DNA from: Planctomycetota bacterium
Lineage (GTDB): Bacteria > Planctomycetota > SZUA-567 > H5-PLA8
Reading direction: 5' to 3'
Length of the DNA stretch: 64,000 nucleotides
Assembly (NCBI GenBank): GCA_038227045.1
Contig: JBBRQD010000004.1
Span: forward strand, 10,677 to 74,676
Shown here: piece by piece, positions 44,337 to 53,729 of the stretch
Numbering within the stretch: the first letter of the stretch is position 1
How the letters are laid out: each line of letters opens with the position of its first letter
Notes under the pieces: generated by a model
What the model was told of the DNA's origin: nothing
Database searches by the model: none
Seen by the model: only the letters and a program-made list of their open reading frames with translations
Translations under genes and position numbers: made by a program

Positions 44337-47243
44337 TCATTTGATTTCCAGCGCATTCATTCGTGCGCGAATCTCGCCCGGCGGGCGCTGCAAGATAATC
44401 GACAGTTGATCGAGCTTCTTGCCGGCCTTGGCCAGCGCGCGCAGCAGCGTGTCGTCGTCGCTTGACCACTTTGGCTTCTGCCCGGGCGCGGCGGCTTTCG
44501 CGGCACGAATCGTTTGCGATTGTGCTTCGGCGGCGACCGGATCGGTGAGCTTCAGATGCCGCGCCGTCAGGGACGACGGCTGCCGGCCCATTTCGGCGGC
44601 GATCGTTTCGAGGTCCGCGTGCTCAGTGAAAAGCTCCAGCAGCCGCGAGTCTTCATCGGGCGTCCATGGCGCGTAAGCTTTCGGAAAAACGCTGCGCAAT
44701 TCTTCCTTGCGCAGTGCCATGATTTCTTTCCCTTCCTCCGCGGCGTCCTTTCCGCCCGGCGAAACGGCGCGGTACAACCGCAGAAAATCGTAGCTGAATG
44801 CCTCGCCGAGCGCGGTAAACGCAGGCGTCAAAGAACTCATGCCGTGCGTGTCAAACGCCGCGCGAACTCGCACGAGGTCTTCAGGAGATCCCAGCAAATT
44901 CAGCGCGATTTTCTCGCCTGCTTCGACCGCCTGAACCAGGTGTTTGTAAATCGTGCTCTCTGTCATCCCGCGCGAACGAGCGATCTCCGCGACCGATTGC
45001 CCTTTCTTAAAAAAACGCACCGTCGCCGCCGTAGTGTCATTCAATCCCGACGAATCCTGCCGACCCGGCGGTGGCGCAGCCACTTCCGCGCGAACGAATT
45101 CGCGTTTCGGATTCGCTTTGAGATGCGCCTGGATTTCAGCGATAAACAGGCTACCGAATTCCTCCGCTTTCTTCTCACCAATGCCTTTGATTCGCGCGAG
45201 CGCTTGCGTGTCGCACGGATATTCGCGCGCTAAACGTTTGAGCACCGCGTCGCTGCAAATAATGAATGCCGCGACACTGCGTTCTTTGGACAGCGTCAGA
45301 CGCAGCGCGCGCAGTCTTTCAAAGAGCTTTTCGTCGCACGGCTCGTCTTTATCGCCTGATTTGCCGGTCGCGTTCGAGACTCGCGCCGGCTCTGAAAATG
45401 CGAAGGATTGCTTCGGATTTGAAATCAGAAAATCCAGAATCTCGCGGATAAACACGTCGCCGAATTCGGTGCGCTTCTTTTCGCCAACACCGCTGATGCG
45501 CGCGAAATCGGCCTCCGTAGTTGGATAGCGCTGCGCCATCAAGCGCAGCGTCGGTTCGTCGAAGATGACATACGCGGGAATGTTGCGTTCGTCGGCGATC
45601 TTTTTGCAGAGCGTGCGAAGCCTTTCGAACAGCTTTTCGTCGCAGATGATTTCCCCGGCGTGCTTTCCCTCCTTCTCTTTCGCAACGGGCGGCTTGGTGA
45701 GCGTAATGGGTTTGCGCTGGACCAGCGCGGATTTTCCCGCGGCGGTGAGTTCCAGCGTGGGAAATTTTCCGGGCGCCTGCGCGCACAAACCCAGTCGCAG
45801 CAATTCGCGCCCGATGCGCTGCCATTCGGCGCTGTCGTGCTCTTTGCCGATGCCGTACGTGGTCAGCGCGTTATGCCCCCAGTCGCGGATTTTTTCGGTG
45901 TTCGCGCCCATCAACACTTCGATGACATGCTTCATCCCCGTGCCGAAACCGCGTTCTTTGATGCGGTAAATGCACGAGAGAAATTTCTGAGCATCGACGG
46001 TCCCGTCGTAGGACGGACGCGGCGCGAGGCAGTTGTCGCAAGACGCGCAATCGCTCTCCGGATAATCCTCGGCAAAATATTTGAGCAGCGCACTGCGGCG
46101 GCACGTCGAGCATTCGCCGTAGTTGACCATCTGGTTGAGCTGTTTGCGCGCGTGCTGCTGTTCGTTGGGATCGCTCATGTCTTCGATGAAGCGCATGAGT
46201 TTGGCGACATCGCCAGGGCTGAACAGGAGCAGGCAATCGCTGGGCAGCCCGTCGCGCCCCGCGCGGCCAGTCTCCTGGTAGTAGCCTTCAATATTCTTGG
46301 GCATGTCGTAATGTACGACGAAGCGGACGTTGGGCTTGTTGATGCCCATGCCAAACGCAATGGTGGCGCAGACGACTTTCCTTTCGTCTCGCAGAAACAG
46401 TTCCTGATTGCGCGCGCGTTCGGAGGCTTCCAACCCGGCGTGATACGGCACCGCTTTGATGCCATCGTCACGCAAGCGCTGGGCATTGTCCTCCGCACCT
46501 TTGCGGCTGAGACAATACACGATGCCGCATTCGCCGGGACGTTTCTTGATGAATTGCAGCAACTGGCTATAGGGGCTTTCCTTGCTCCACACGCGGTACG
46601 TCAGATTCGGGCGATTGAAACTCGCGACGTACAGGCCGGGATCGTGGAGCTTCAAATGTTTTACGATGTCGCCGCGCACGCGTTCTGTGGCCGTGGCGGT
46701 CAGCGCCATGAACGGCACGCCGGGGAAATGTTCGCGGAGCGTTTGAAGTTGTCTGTATTCCGGCCGAAAATCGTGGCCCCATTCGCTGATACAATGCGCT
46801 TCGTCGATCGCGAATTGCTCGACGCCCCAGCCCTTGAGCGTCTCGATAAAGCCCGGCAAAGCCAGGCGCTCGGGCGACACATAAAGGAGGCGGTATTTGT
46901 TGTTGTGCAGTCCGCTGAAGCGCGAGCGGGCGTCCGGCCCATCGAGCGACGAATTCAAAAACGTGGCCGCGACTCCGGCTTCCTGAAGCGCGTCCACCTG
47001 GTCTTTCATCAGCGCGATCAGCGGCGAAACGACGACGGTCAGACCCGATCGCGCGACGGCGGGGAGTTGATAACAGAGCGATTTTCCGCCGCCGGTGGGC
47101 AGCAGCGCGAAGACATCGCGCCCGTTCATTGCATCGCGAATGATCTCCTCTTGAAGCGGTCGAAACGAGTCGTAGCCAAAGTAACGCTTGAGCAGATCGA
47201 GGAGCTGGACGCCGAGTTCGTCGGATGTGTCGGTTTCGGTCAT
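44337..47243 (-). CDS. recQ: RecQ-family DNA helicase, extended (two HRDC domains, HTH, two Myb/SANT-like C-terminal repeats)
   Basis: FGYDSFRPLQEEII, LPTGGGKS and DEAHCISEWGHDFRPEY. The RecQ Zn/WH region. Duplicated HRDC (CDEKLFERLRTLCKKIADERNIPAYVIF... and CDEKLFERLRALRLTLSKERSVAAFII...). Confidence 0.92.
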   Translation of the reverse strand: MTETDTSDELGVQLLDLLKRYFGYDSFRPLQEEIIRDAMNGRDVFALLPTGGGKSLCYQLPAVARSGLTVVVSPLIALMKDQVDALQEAGVAATFLNSSLDGPDARSRFSGLHNNKYRLLYVSPERLALPGFIETLKGWGVEQFAIDEAHCISEWGHDFRPEYRQLQTLREHFPGVPFMALTATATERVRGDIVKHLKLHDPGLYVASFNRPNLTYRVWSKESPYSQLLQFIKKRPGECGIVYCLSRKGAEDNAQRLRDDGIKAVPYHAGLEASERARNQELFLRDERKVVCATIAFGMGINKPNVRFVVHYDMPKNIEGYYQETGRAGRDGLPSDCLLLFSPGDVAKLMRFIEDMSDPNEQQHARKQLNQMVNYGECSTCRRSALLKYFAEDYPESDCASCDNCLAPRPSYDGTVDAQKFLSCIYRIKERGFGTGMKHVIEVLMGANTEKIRDWGHNALTTYGIGKEHDSAEWQRIGRELLRLGLCAQAPGKFPTLELTAAGKSALVQRKPITLTKPPVAKEKEGKHAGEIICDEKLFERLRTLCKKIADERNIPAYVIFDEPTLRLMAQRYPTTEADFARISGVGEKKRTEFGDVFIREILDFLISNPKQSFAFSEPARVSNATGKSGDKDEPCDEKLFERLRALRLTLSKERSVAAFIICSDAVLKRLAREYPCDTQALARIKGIGEKKAEEFGSLFIAEIQAHLKANPKREFVRAEVAAPPPGRQDSSGLNDTTAATVRFFKKGQSVAEIARSRGMTESTIYKHLVQAVEAGEKIALNLLGSPEDLVRVRAAFDTHGMSSLTPAFTALGEAFSYDFLRLYRAVSPGGKDAAEEGKEIMALRKEELRSVFPKAYAPWTPDEDSRLLELFTEHADLETIAAEMGRQPSSLTARHLKLTDPVAAEAQSQTIRAAKAAAPGQKPKWSSDDDTLLRALAKAGKKLDQLSIILQRPPGEIRARMNALEIK

Positions 47244-47427
47244 GCGGATGTTTTAACAAAGCGGCGCGGCAACGCCACTTCGCTTTCGCGGCTAAAAACA
47301 TCTGCTGGCACAAGTCTTGACTTGCCCTCACGGACCATTAAGATGAATGCTTCAAGACCACATTTCCGCCCCGAATCAACGCCGTTGTTGACAAGGCGCG
47401 GTTGTGAAATTAGGGAGACATGCAACG

Positions 47428-48444
47428 ATGGGAATTCGTGTCGGTATCAACGGCTTCGGCCGCATTGGACGGTTGTTCTTCCGGGTGCTGGCGACTCGCC
47501 CGAAGGATTTTGACGTGGTTGGCATCAACGACCTCGGCGACGCCAAACATCTCGCTCACTTGTTGAAGTACGACTCCGTGCACGGCCGCTTCCCGGGCGA
47601 AGTGTCGGCGGATGGCGACAATCTCGTCGTCAATGGCGTCAAAATTCCGGTCAGCAAATGCCGCTCACCGAAGGATCTTCCGTGGGCCAAGCTGGAAGTC
47701 GCCATTGCCGCCGAATGCACCGGTATTTTCACCGCGCGTAACAGCGACAAGGGCGGATTCGGCGATCATCTGACCGCCGGCGCCAAGAAGGTGCTGCTGA
47801 GCGCTCCATCCAAGGAAGGCGTCGATGCGACGATCGTCTTTGGCGTGAACGAAAAGAGCTTGAAGCCGGAGCATCTCACATTCTCCAACGCGAGTTGCAC
47901 GACCAACTGCACCGCGCCGGTAATGAAGGTGTTGCACGACAACTTCCGCATCGTCAAGGGCCTTGTGAGCACGATTCACGCGTACACCAACGACCAGAAG
48001 GTCAACGACTTGATCCACGAAGACATGCGCCGCGCCCGCGCCGCCGCGATCAACATCATCCCGACCAGCACGGGGATGAGCAAGGCGATCAGCGAAGTCA
48101 TTCCCGATCTGAAAGGCAAAATCGAAGGCATCGCGTTCCGCGTGCCGGTGCCCACCGGTTCGTTGATCGACTGCGCCATCGAAGTTGAAAAGGACGTGAC
48201 GATCGCCGAAGTCAACGCGGCGCTCAAAGCGGCCAGCGACGGCCCGATGAAGGGCATTCTCGGTTTCACCGTGGACCCGATCGTCAGCAGTGACATCGTG
48301 CACGATTCGCACAGCTCGATCGTCGATTCGCTCTCGACGAACGTGGTCCAGAAGCGGCTGGTTAAAGTCGTGAGCTGGTACGACAACGAATGGGGCTTTT
48401 CCAACCGCATGGCCGACTTGGCGGCTCTGGCCGCTCGCCTATAA
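47428..48444 (+). CDS. gap: type I glyceraldehyde-3-phosphate dehydrogenase
   Basis: MGIRVGINGFGRIGR and the SNASCTTNC active site, WYDNEWGFS. Confidence 0.95.
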   Translation: MGIRVGINGFGRIGRLFFRVLATRPKDFDVVGINDLGDAKHLAHLLKYDSVHGRFPGEVSADGDNLVVNGVKIPVSKCRSPKDLPWAKLEVAIAAECTGIFTARNSDKGGFGDHLTAGAKKVLLSAPSKEGVDATIVFGVNEKSLKPEHLTFSNASCTTNCTAPVMKVLHDNFRIVKGLVSTIHAYTNDQKVNDLIHEDMRRARAAAINIIPTSTGMSKAISEVIPDLKGKIEGIAFRVPVPTGSLIDCAIEVEKDVTIAEVNAALKAASDGPMKGILGFTVDPIVSSDIVHDSHSSIVDSLSTNVVQKRLVKVVSWYDNEWGFSNRMADLAALAARL

Positions 48445-48474
48445 CCGCGGATGGTTTTTGGGTTGGTTTTATTT

Positions 48475-48513
48475 ATCGCCCCGGGAGTTGGTTTTCCGGG
48501 GCGATTTTCTTTT
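48475..48513 (+). terminator. rho-independent terminator of gap
   Basis: atcgccccgg-gagttggtttt-ccggggcgat followed by tttctttt. Confidence 0.8.
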
Positions 48514-48526
48514 GCCGCTGACTTGG

Positions 48527-49055
48527 AACGGCGAAGAGTTTTAACCGCGGATTTCGCGAATTTGCGCGAATGAACGCGAAAATATTTGGGTTGAATGTGG
48601 ATGGGAGATTGCTTCAAATGGCCGAAATACTTTTTAAGGAGGAGTCCTACCTTATTAACGGCGCTGCCATGGAAGTGTACAATCAGTTGGGTCGTGGATT
48701 TTTGGAAGCGGTTTATCAGGAAGCGTTTGAAATCGAATTGAGTGCGCGACACATTCCGTTTGAGCCACGGAAAGATTTATTCATCAGCTACAAAGGATCG
48801 CTACTGGCAAAAAAGTACATTGCGGATTTTTTAGCATACGGAAAGATCATAGTCGAAATTAAATCGCAAAAGTGTTTGTCGGATGTAGACAAGGCTCAGG
48901 CGCTTAACTACCTAAAAGCAACCGGTTGTACATTAGCTATCCTTTATAATTTCGGAGGAGAGAAATTCGAATTTCACAGAATGGCTAGAACAATAAAAAC
49001 CTAAAAATTATTCGCGTTCATTCGCGAGATTCGCGGTTAAAAACTCTTCGCCGTT
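48527..49055. mobile_element. 529-bp cassette: GxxExxY gene bracketed by ~45-bp imperfect inverted repeats
   Basis: Left aacggcgaagagttttaaccgcggatttcgcgaa(tttgcgcgaa)tgaacgcgaa. The right arm reverse-complemented is aacggcgaagagtttttaaccgcgaatctcgcgaatgaacgcgaa. The interior is AT-rich relative to the flanks. Mobility itself is inferred. Confidence 0.55.
48618..49004 (+). CDS. GxxExxY family protein (PD-(D/E)XK nuclease-fold)
   Basis: GRGFLEAVYQEAFEIEL contains the family-defining GxxExxY motif. ADFLAYGKIIVEIKS is a D...E.K nuclease-like motif. 128 aa from ATG 48618. Confidence 0.85.
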   Translation: MAEILFKEESYLINGAAMEVYNQLGRGFLEAVYQEAFEIELSARHIPFEPRKDLFISYKGSLLAKKYIADFLAYGKIIVEIKSQKCLSDVDKAQALNYLKATGCTLAILYNFGGEKFEFHRMARTIKT

Positions 49056-49093
49056 AAGCCTTTTCGCTGTCACCCAAAAATTGGAGAAGCCAA

Positions 49094-49762
49094 ATGACTC
49101 TGACCTCAGCCCCCTTTCGCGGTGGAAAACCCTTCATCGCTCCTTCGGTGTTGTCCGCGGATTTCGCCCGGCTCAAGGATGAGCTTCAGGCTGTTGAGGC
49201 CGCCGGGGCCGACTGGCTGCATGTGGACATTATGGACGGCGATTTTGTGCCCAATCTGACGATGGGGCCGTTCATCGTCGATGCGCTGCGGCGGCTGACC
49301 AAATTGCCGCTCGATTGCCATTTGATGATCCAGCATCCGGAACGTTATGTCGAGGCCTTTGCGAAGGCGGGCGCGGCGACTCTGACTGTGCATCCGGAAG
49401 CGCTTGGGGATATTCATGGTTCGCTGGATACGATTCGAAAACTCGGCGTGCGCCCGGCGATGGCGATCCGGCCGGCGACTCCGGTTTCGGTTGTGAAGCA
49501 TTACATTGAGCAGATCGAAATGCTGCTGGTGATGACGGTCAATCCGGGTTTCAGCGGCCAGAAGATGATTTCCGAATGCCTGTCGAAATACGGCGAAGCG
49601 CGCGCGCTCTTCGGGCCGGATCTGCTGCTTGAAATCGACGGCGGCGTGATGCCGGAGAACGTGCAGGCGGTGCGCGACGCGGGCGTGCAGATTATTGTTG
49701 CGGCGACGGCGATTTTCAAGGCTCCGGATTATGGGAAGGCGGTGGCGGAGTTGCGGGGGTAG
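49094..49762 (+). CDS. rpe: ribulose-phosphate 3-epimerase
   Basis: IAPSVLSADFARL, HVDIMDGDFVPN, DCHLM, VNPGFSGQ and EIDGG. Confidence 0.95.
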   Translation: MTLTSAPFRGGKPFIAPSVLSADFARLKDELQAVEAAGADWLHVDIMDGDFVPNLTMGPFIVDALRRLTKLPLDCHLMIQHPERYVEAFAKAGAATLTVHPEALGDIHGSLDTIRKLGVRPAMAIRPATPVSVVKHYIEQIEMLLVMTVNPGFSGQKMISECLSKYGEARALFGPDLLLEIDGGVMPENVQAVRDAGVQIIVAATAIFKAPDYGKAVAELRG

Positions 49763-49835
49763 CTTGTTCAATGATTGCGTGAAGTAAACAGCGCTGGAAT
49801 CGCCAAAATTTATGGCTTCAGCGCAAAGGTGAAGA

Positions 49836-50306
49836 ATGTGGCGTCTTCTGGATAACCCCAACGCAGTTTTTCTCTGCGTCATGGGGTTGATCAATCTAAC
49901 CTTCTTTGCGTGCGTGTTGACGTGGCTCTTTAAACAAAGTAAGCATCCTCCAGCCAATTTTTATATTACCGACTTCTGGGCAGCGGTGCTGGGGCTCGCC
50001 CCATCGTATTGCTTCGTCCTCGCATTGATTAATAGCGACGGCTATGCTGTTCCGATATATTGGATTTTGGCTGCGGAATTGATTTGCTACCAGATTCTGG
50101 GTATGTGGGCTGGACGGATTGTGTCCATTCCGCGCGAGCATGAGCGCCTTCCGCTTCGGCTGTCTCAATTCGCATTGATTTTTCTGGGTGCAATCGTTGG
50201 CGCAATCGGGGCGCTCGCAACCTATTTTTCGCAGGGCTTTTATTGCATCGGCGTGCTGATACTGTTTACGCTTTACCTTGTGCTTGAAAATCAATCGAAT
50301 CAGTGA
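49836..50306 (+). CDS. hypothetical 4-TM membrane protein, tandem paralogue 1
   Basis: NFYITDFWAAVLGLAP...QILGMWAGRIVSIPRE. Paralogous to the next gene. Lower GC. Confidence 0.6.
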   Translation: MWRLLDNPNAVFLCVMGLINLTFFACVLTWLFKQSKHPPANFYITDFWAAVLGLAPSYCFVLALINSDGYAVPIYWILAAELICYQILGMWAGRIVSIPREHERLPLRLSQFALIFLGAIVGAIGALATYFSQGFYCIGVLILFTLYLVLENQSNQ

Positions 50307-50321
50307 CCGCCTCACTGTTCA

Positions 50322-50861
50322 ATGAGTAAGCATCGGAAGCGAATGGCCTATTTCGACAATTGGACACTCATCCTCGCGTTCTTCGTGCCATTTTGGCTGG
50401 GCTGCTTTGGCTACGCGATTTATTTTATGTGGCAAGCGCTCGCCCCGGTCGCGCGCACGAAATTCAATTTTTACATCACCGATTTTTGGATGAGTATTCT
50501 TTGCCTGGCGCCGACGATGGCCGTGATCGGGCATTTCTCTGAGTTGCGTTACCCCAGCCGCGAACGGGATATCTGCGGGCTCGCCATTGTTGCATTCAGC
50601 CAGATTCTGGGCGTCGTTCTGGCGCGGATTTTTTCGCTGCCGCGCGACGGCGAAACGATGCCCCGGCGCTCGGATCAGGCGATCTGGGTCTTGGCCGGAG
50701 CGTATCTTTTCGGCCTCGGCGGACTGGTGCTGACGGTCATCGCGTTCTGTTTACTGGCACTTTTAGTAATGTTGATGATCAGTTGTCCGCCGGCCGGCAT
50801 CTGGGTTCTTGTGTTTGGCTATCTCATAGTCAAAGCCTGGAGGAAGCAGAAAGGCGAATGA
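50322..50861 (+). CDS. hypothetical membrane protein, tandem paralogue 2
   Basis: NFYITDFWMSILCLAP...QILGVVLARIFSLPRD. Shares motifs and topology with 49836-50306. Confidence 0.6.
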   Translation: MSKHRKRMAYFDNWTLILAFFVPFWLGCFGYAIYFMWQALAPVARTKFNFYITDFWMSILCLAPTMAVIGHFSELRYPSRERDICGLAIVAFSQILGVVLARIFSLPRDGETMPRRSDQAIWVLAGAYLFGLGGLVLTVIAFCLLALLVMLMISCPPAGIWVLVFGYLIVKAWRKQKGE

Positions 50862-50969
50862 TGATTCGAGCGCTGCGATGGCTAGCCCGTTTGCCTGATA
50901 TCGATTCTTGGTGTATAAACGCGAACCCATTTTGCAGATCCAAGACCTCGATTATTCAAGGAGTCCCGC

Positions 50970-51812
50970 ATGTCGTTTAAAAGCTCTTCCAAACCCCGCA
51001 TGAACCGCCTGTTCGCGTCGAGCGGGAAGTGTTTCGACGTCGCCATCGATCACGGATTTTTCAATGAGCTGGCTTTCTTAAGCGGCATCGAGAGCATGGA
51101 AAAAGCCATCGCGACGATTGTTGCCGCCGCGCCGGACGCGATTCAATTGACCGTCGGACAGGCTGAGATTTTGCAGCGTATTCCGGGCAAGCAGAAACCG
51201 TCGCTGGTGCTGCGCACGGATGTGGCGAATGTGTATGGGGCGGTCCTGCCGCGATTTCTCTTCAGCAAGATGATCGACGATCCCGTCGAGCAGGCGCTGC
51301 GGCTCGACGCCGCGTGCGTGGTCGTCAATCTGCTGATGCTGCCCAACCAGCCGGAACTGCATTTCGCGTGCATCGAAAACATCTGCAAGCTCAAGCCCTC
51401 CTGCGACCGCTACGGCATGCCGCTGATGATCGAACCGCTGGTGATGCAGTCAAACGAGAAGAAGGGCGGCTACATGGTGGACGGCGATTTGGGCAAGATT
51501 CTGCCGCTGGTCCGGCAGGCGCGCGAACTGGGCGCGGACATCATCAAAGCCGATCCGTGCGACGACGCGAGCCAGTATCACAAAGTCGTCGAAGCGGCCG
51601 GCGTGCCGGTGCTGCCGCGCGGCGGCGGACGCGCGCCCGACCGAGAGATTTTTCAACGCACCGTCGAACTGATCAAGCAAGGTTCGAGCGGCATCGTCTA
51701 CGGGCGAAACGTGATTCAGCACCCGAATCCGAAAGGCATGACGGAGGCGTTTATGGCGATTGTTCACAAAGGAGCAAGCGTGGAAGAGGCGCTGAAAATT
51801 GTCGGCGCATAG
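50970..51812 (+). CDS. class I aldolase of the DhnA/LsrF (DeoC/FbaB) family
   Basis: FDVAIDHGFFN, a TIM-barrel pattern, GADIIKADP (Schiff-base Lys region) and GIVYGRNVIQHPNP. Confidence 0.8.
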   Translation: MSFKSSSKPRMNRLFASSGKCFDVAIDHGFFNELAFLSGIESMEKAIATIVAAAPDAIQLTVGQAEILQRIPGKQKPSLVLRTDVANVYGAVLPRFLFSKMIDDPVEQALRLDAACVVVNLLMLPNQPELHFACIENICKLKPSCDRYGMPLMIEPLVMQSNEKKGGYMVDGDLGKILPLVRQARELGADIIKADPCDDASQYHKVVEAAGVPVLPRGGGRAPDREIFQRTVELIKQGSSGIVYGRNVIQHPNPKGMTEAFMAIVHKGASVEEALKIVGA

Positions 51813-51834
51813 GGGCTATTTCTAGGGAATCTCA

Positions 51835-52989
51835 ATGAAAATCATTCGTTTTGGTATCATCGGTTGCGGCCTCATGGGCCGCGAGTTTGCTTCGGCGGCG
51901 GCGCGCTGGTGCCATCTGCTCGACTTGGACGTGCGCCCGGAGATTGTTGCGATCTGCGATAAGAATGCGGAACTTTTTGGCTGGTACAAGAAGAACTTTC
52001 CGTCGAGTCAGTTTTACACCGGAGAGCACAAGGAACTGCTGGCGCGCGCCGATGTTGACGCGGTGTATTGCGCCGTGCCGCACAATCTTCACGGGGAGAT
52101 TTACGAGGACATCATCGCTGCGGGCAAGCATCTGCTCGGCGAGAAGCCTTTTGGAATTGACAAGGCGGCGAACGAACGGGTACTCGCCGCGATTAAAAAA
52201 CACCCGAATGTGTTCGTGCGCTGTTCGTCGGAATTTCCGTTTTATCCGGCGGTGCAGCGGATCGTGGCCGCCGCGCGCGCGAAGAAGTTCGGCACGATTC
52301 TCGACGTCGAAACCGGTTTCCATCATTCGTCGGACCTCGACCCGAACAAGCCGATCAACTGGAAGCGCATGATTCGCTTCAACGGCGAATACGGCTGCAT
52401 GGGCGACCTGGGCATGCACACGCTGCACGCGCCGCTGCGCCTGGGCTGGATTCCGCAGGACGTGCGCGCGATGCTGGTGAAAGTCGTTAAGGAACGCCCC
52501 GGCAAAGACGGCAAAATGGAACCGTGCGAAACGTGGGACAACGCGATTCTGCAATGCCGTGCGAAAGACACGCTGAGCGCCGGCGACGGCGGCATTTTTC
52601 CGCTGACAATCACGACCAAGCGCATCTCGCCCGGCGACACGGACAACTGGTTCCTGAAAGTGCGGGGCACGCGGCTGTCGATGGAGTACTCGACGAAGGA
52701 ACCGAAGACGATGCGCTGGATGGAGTACACGCCCGGCGGCGAGCAGGCCTGGAAAAGCGAGGAGATCGGCTACAACCCGCCGTTCAAAACGATCACGGGA
52801 CACATCTTCGAATTCGGTTTCACCGACGCGATTTTGCAGATGTGGGCGGCGTTCTGCGTGGAACTGAGCGGCGGTGCGAAGGCCGTGCCGTTCGGTTGTG
52901 TGACGCCGGAGGAAACGGTGATCAGCCACAAGCTGTTTACGGCGGCGCTGGAGTCGCAGAGGGAGAATAAGGTCGTGGTGCTGGAATGA
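51835..52989 (+). CDS. Gfo/Idh/MocA-family NAD(P)-dependent oxidoreductase
   Basis: IRFGIIGCGLMGREF Rossmann N-terminus, EKP motif (LLGEKPFG) and a C-terminal alpha/beta domain. Confidence 0.85.
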   Translation: MKIIRFGIIGCGLMGREFASAAARWCHLLDLDVRPEIVAICDKNAELFGWYKKNFPSSQFYTGEHKELLARADVDAVYCAVPHNLHGEIYEDIIAAGKHLLGEKPFGIDKAANERVLAAIKKHPNVFVRCSSEFPFYPAVQRIVAAARAKKFGTILDVETGFHHSSDLDPNKPINWKRMIRFNGEYGCMGDLGMHTLHAPLRLGWIPQDVRAMLVKVVKERPGKDGKMEPCETWDNAILQCRAKDTLSAGDGGIFPLTITTKRISPGDTDNWFLKVRGTRLSMEYSTKEPKTMRWMEYTPGGEQAWKSEEIGYNPPFKTITGHIFEFGFTDAILQMWAAFCVELSGGAKAVPFGCVTPEETVISHKLFTAALESQRENKVVVLE

Positions 52990-53019
52990 AAAGTCAGGCG
53001 GTCCAAGGAATTATGATTC

Positions 53020-53478
53020 ATGCCAGCTAACGCACGGTTATTCCTTGATGCGTGCTGCATCGTGCGTCAATTCGACGACCAGAGCCAAACGCGAATTCAT
53101 TTTGAGACCGAAGCGGTCGCAAGTATCATGAATTGGGTTCGAAATGGCGAATTGGCCTGTATCGGCAGCGAGGCGCTGAGATTTGAGTTGGAACAAAACA
53201 AGAGCATCATGCAACGCGAAACAGTGCTGTTATTGTTCGACACTTTCTGTCAATTCCGCGATGCAACGGCAGAGGATTTTACCAGAGCCGGGGAGTTTCA
53301 GTCGCTTGGATTTAAAGCATTTGATGCGCTTCATCTGGCCGTTGCGGAAAGCTCCAAATGCGACGTCTTTCTGACGACTGACGACAGGCTGTTAAAGGGA
53401 GCACAACGATGGAAAAGAAAACTAAACGTCGCGGTGAAGAATCCTTACGACTGGGTGTTGCAAAGACTAACCCGGTGA
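53020..53478 (+). CDS. PIN-domain protein (VapC-like toxin candidate)
   Basis: Acidic quartet context: LFLDACCIV, SEALRFEL, FDALHLAVA and FLTTDDRLL. Confidence 0.75.
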   Translation: MPANARLFLDACCIVRQFDDQSQTRIHFETEAVASIMNWVRNGELACIGSEALRFELEQNKSIMQRETVLLLFDTFCQFRDATAEDFTRAGEFQSLGFKAFDALHLAVAESSKCDVFLTTDDRLLKGAQRWKRKLNVAVKNPYDWVLQRLTR

Positions 53479-53696
53479 TGGTGCCGCCAGAAAGGTTGGC
53501 TGAGATTAATTCTCGCGGGCTGAAGATCTTGATGGGCGAACTTGGACCAGAGGATTTCATCCTCTTTATGGCGCAGAATTTTTCTGGGAAAGGCGATTAT
53601 TCGCGCGACCGGCACAAACTGCTTCCCAAAATGACGCTCGCCGAACTTGCGACGGAGATGGAAACACGTCGAACGAACGCAGCGAGACGTTCGTAA
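53478..53696 (+). CDS. small protein translationally coupled to the PIN gene (antitoxin candidate)
   Basis: The ATG overlaps the PIN stop (TGATG). The 72-aa product is MVPPERLAEINSRGLKILMGELGPEDFILFMAQNFSGKGDYSRDRHKLL.... No DNA-binding motif firmly recognised. Confidence 0.5.
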   Translation: MVPPERLAEINSRGLKILMGELGPEDFILFMAQNFSGKGDYSRDRHKLLPKMTLAELATEMETRRTNAARRS

Positions 53697-53729
53697 GAAT
53701 CTAAAATCTCCCGATGATCGGCGCGCGTG

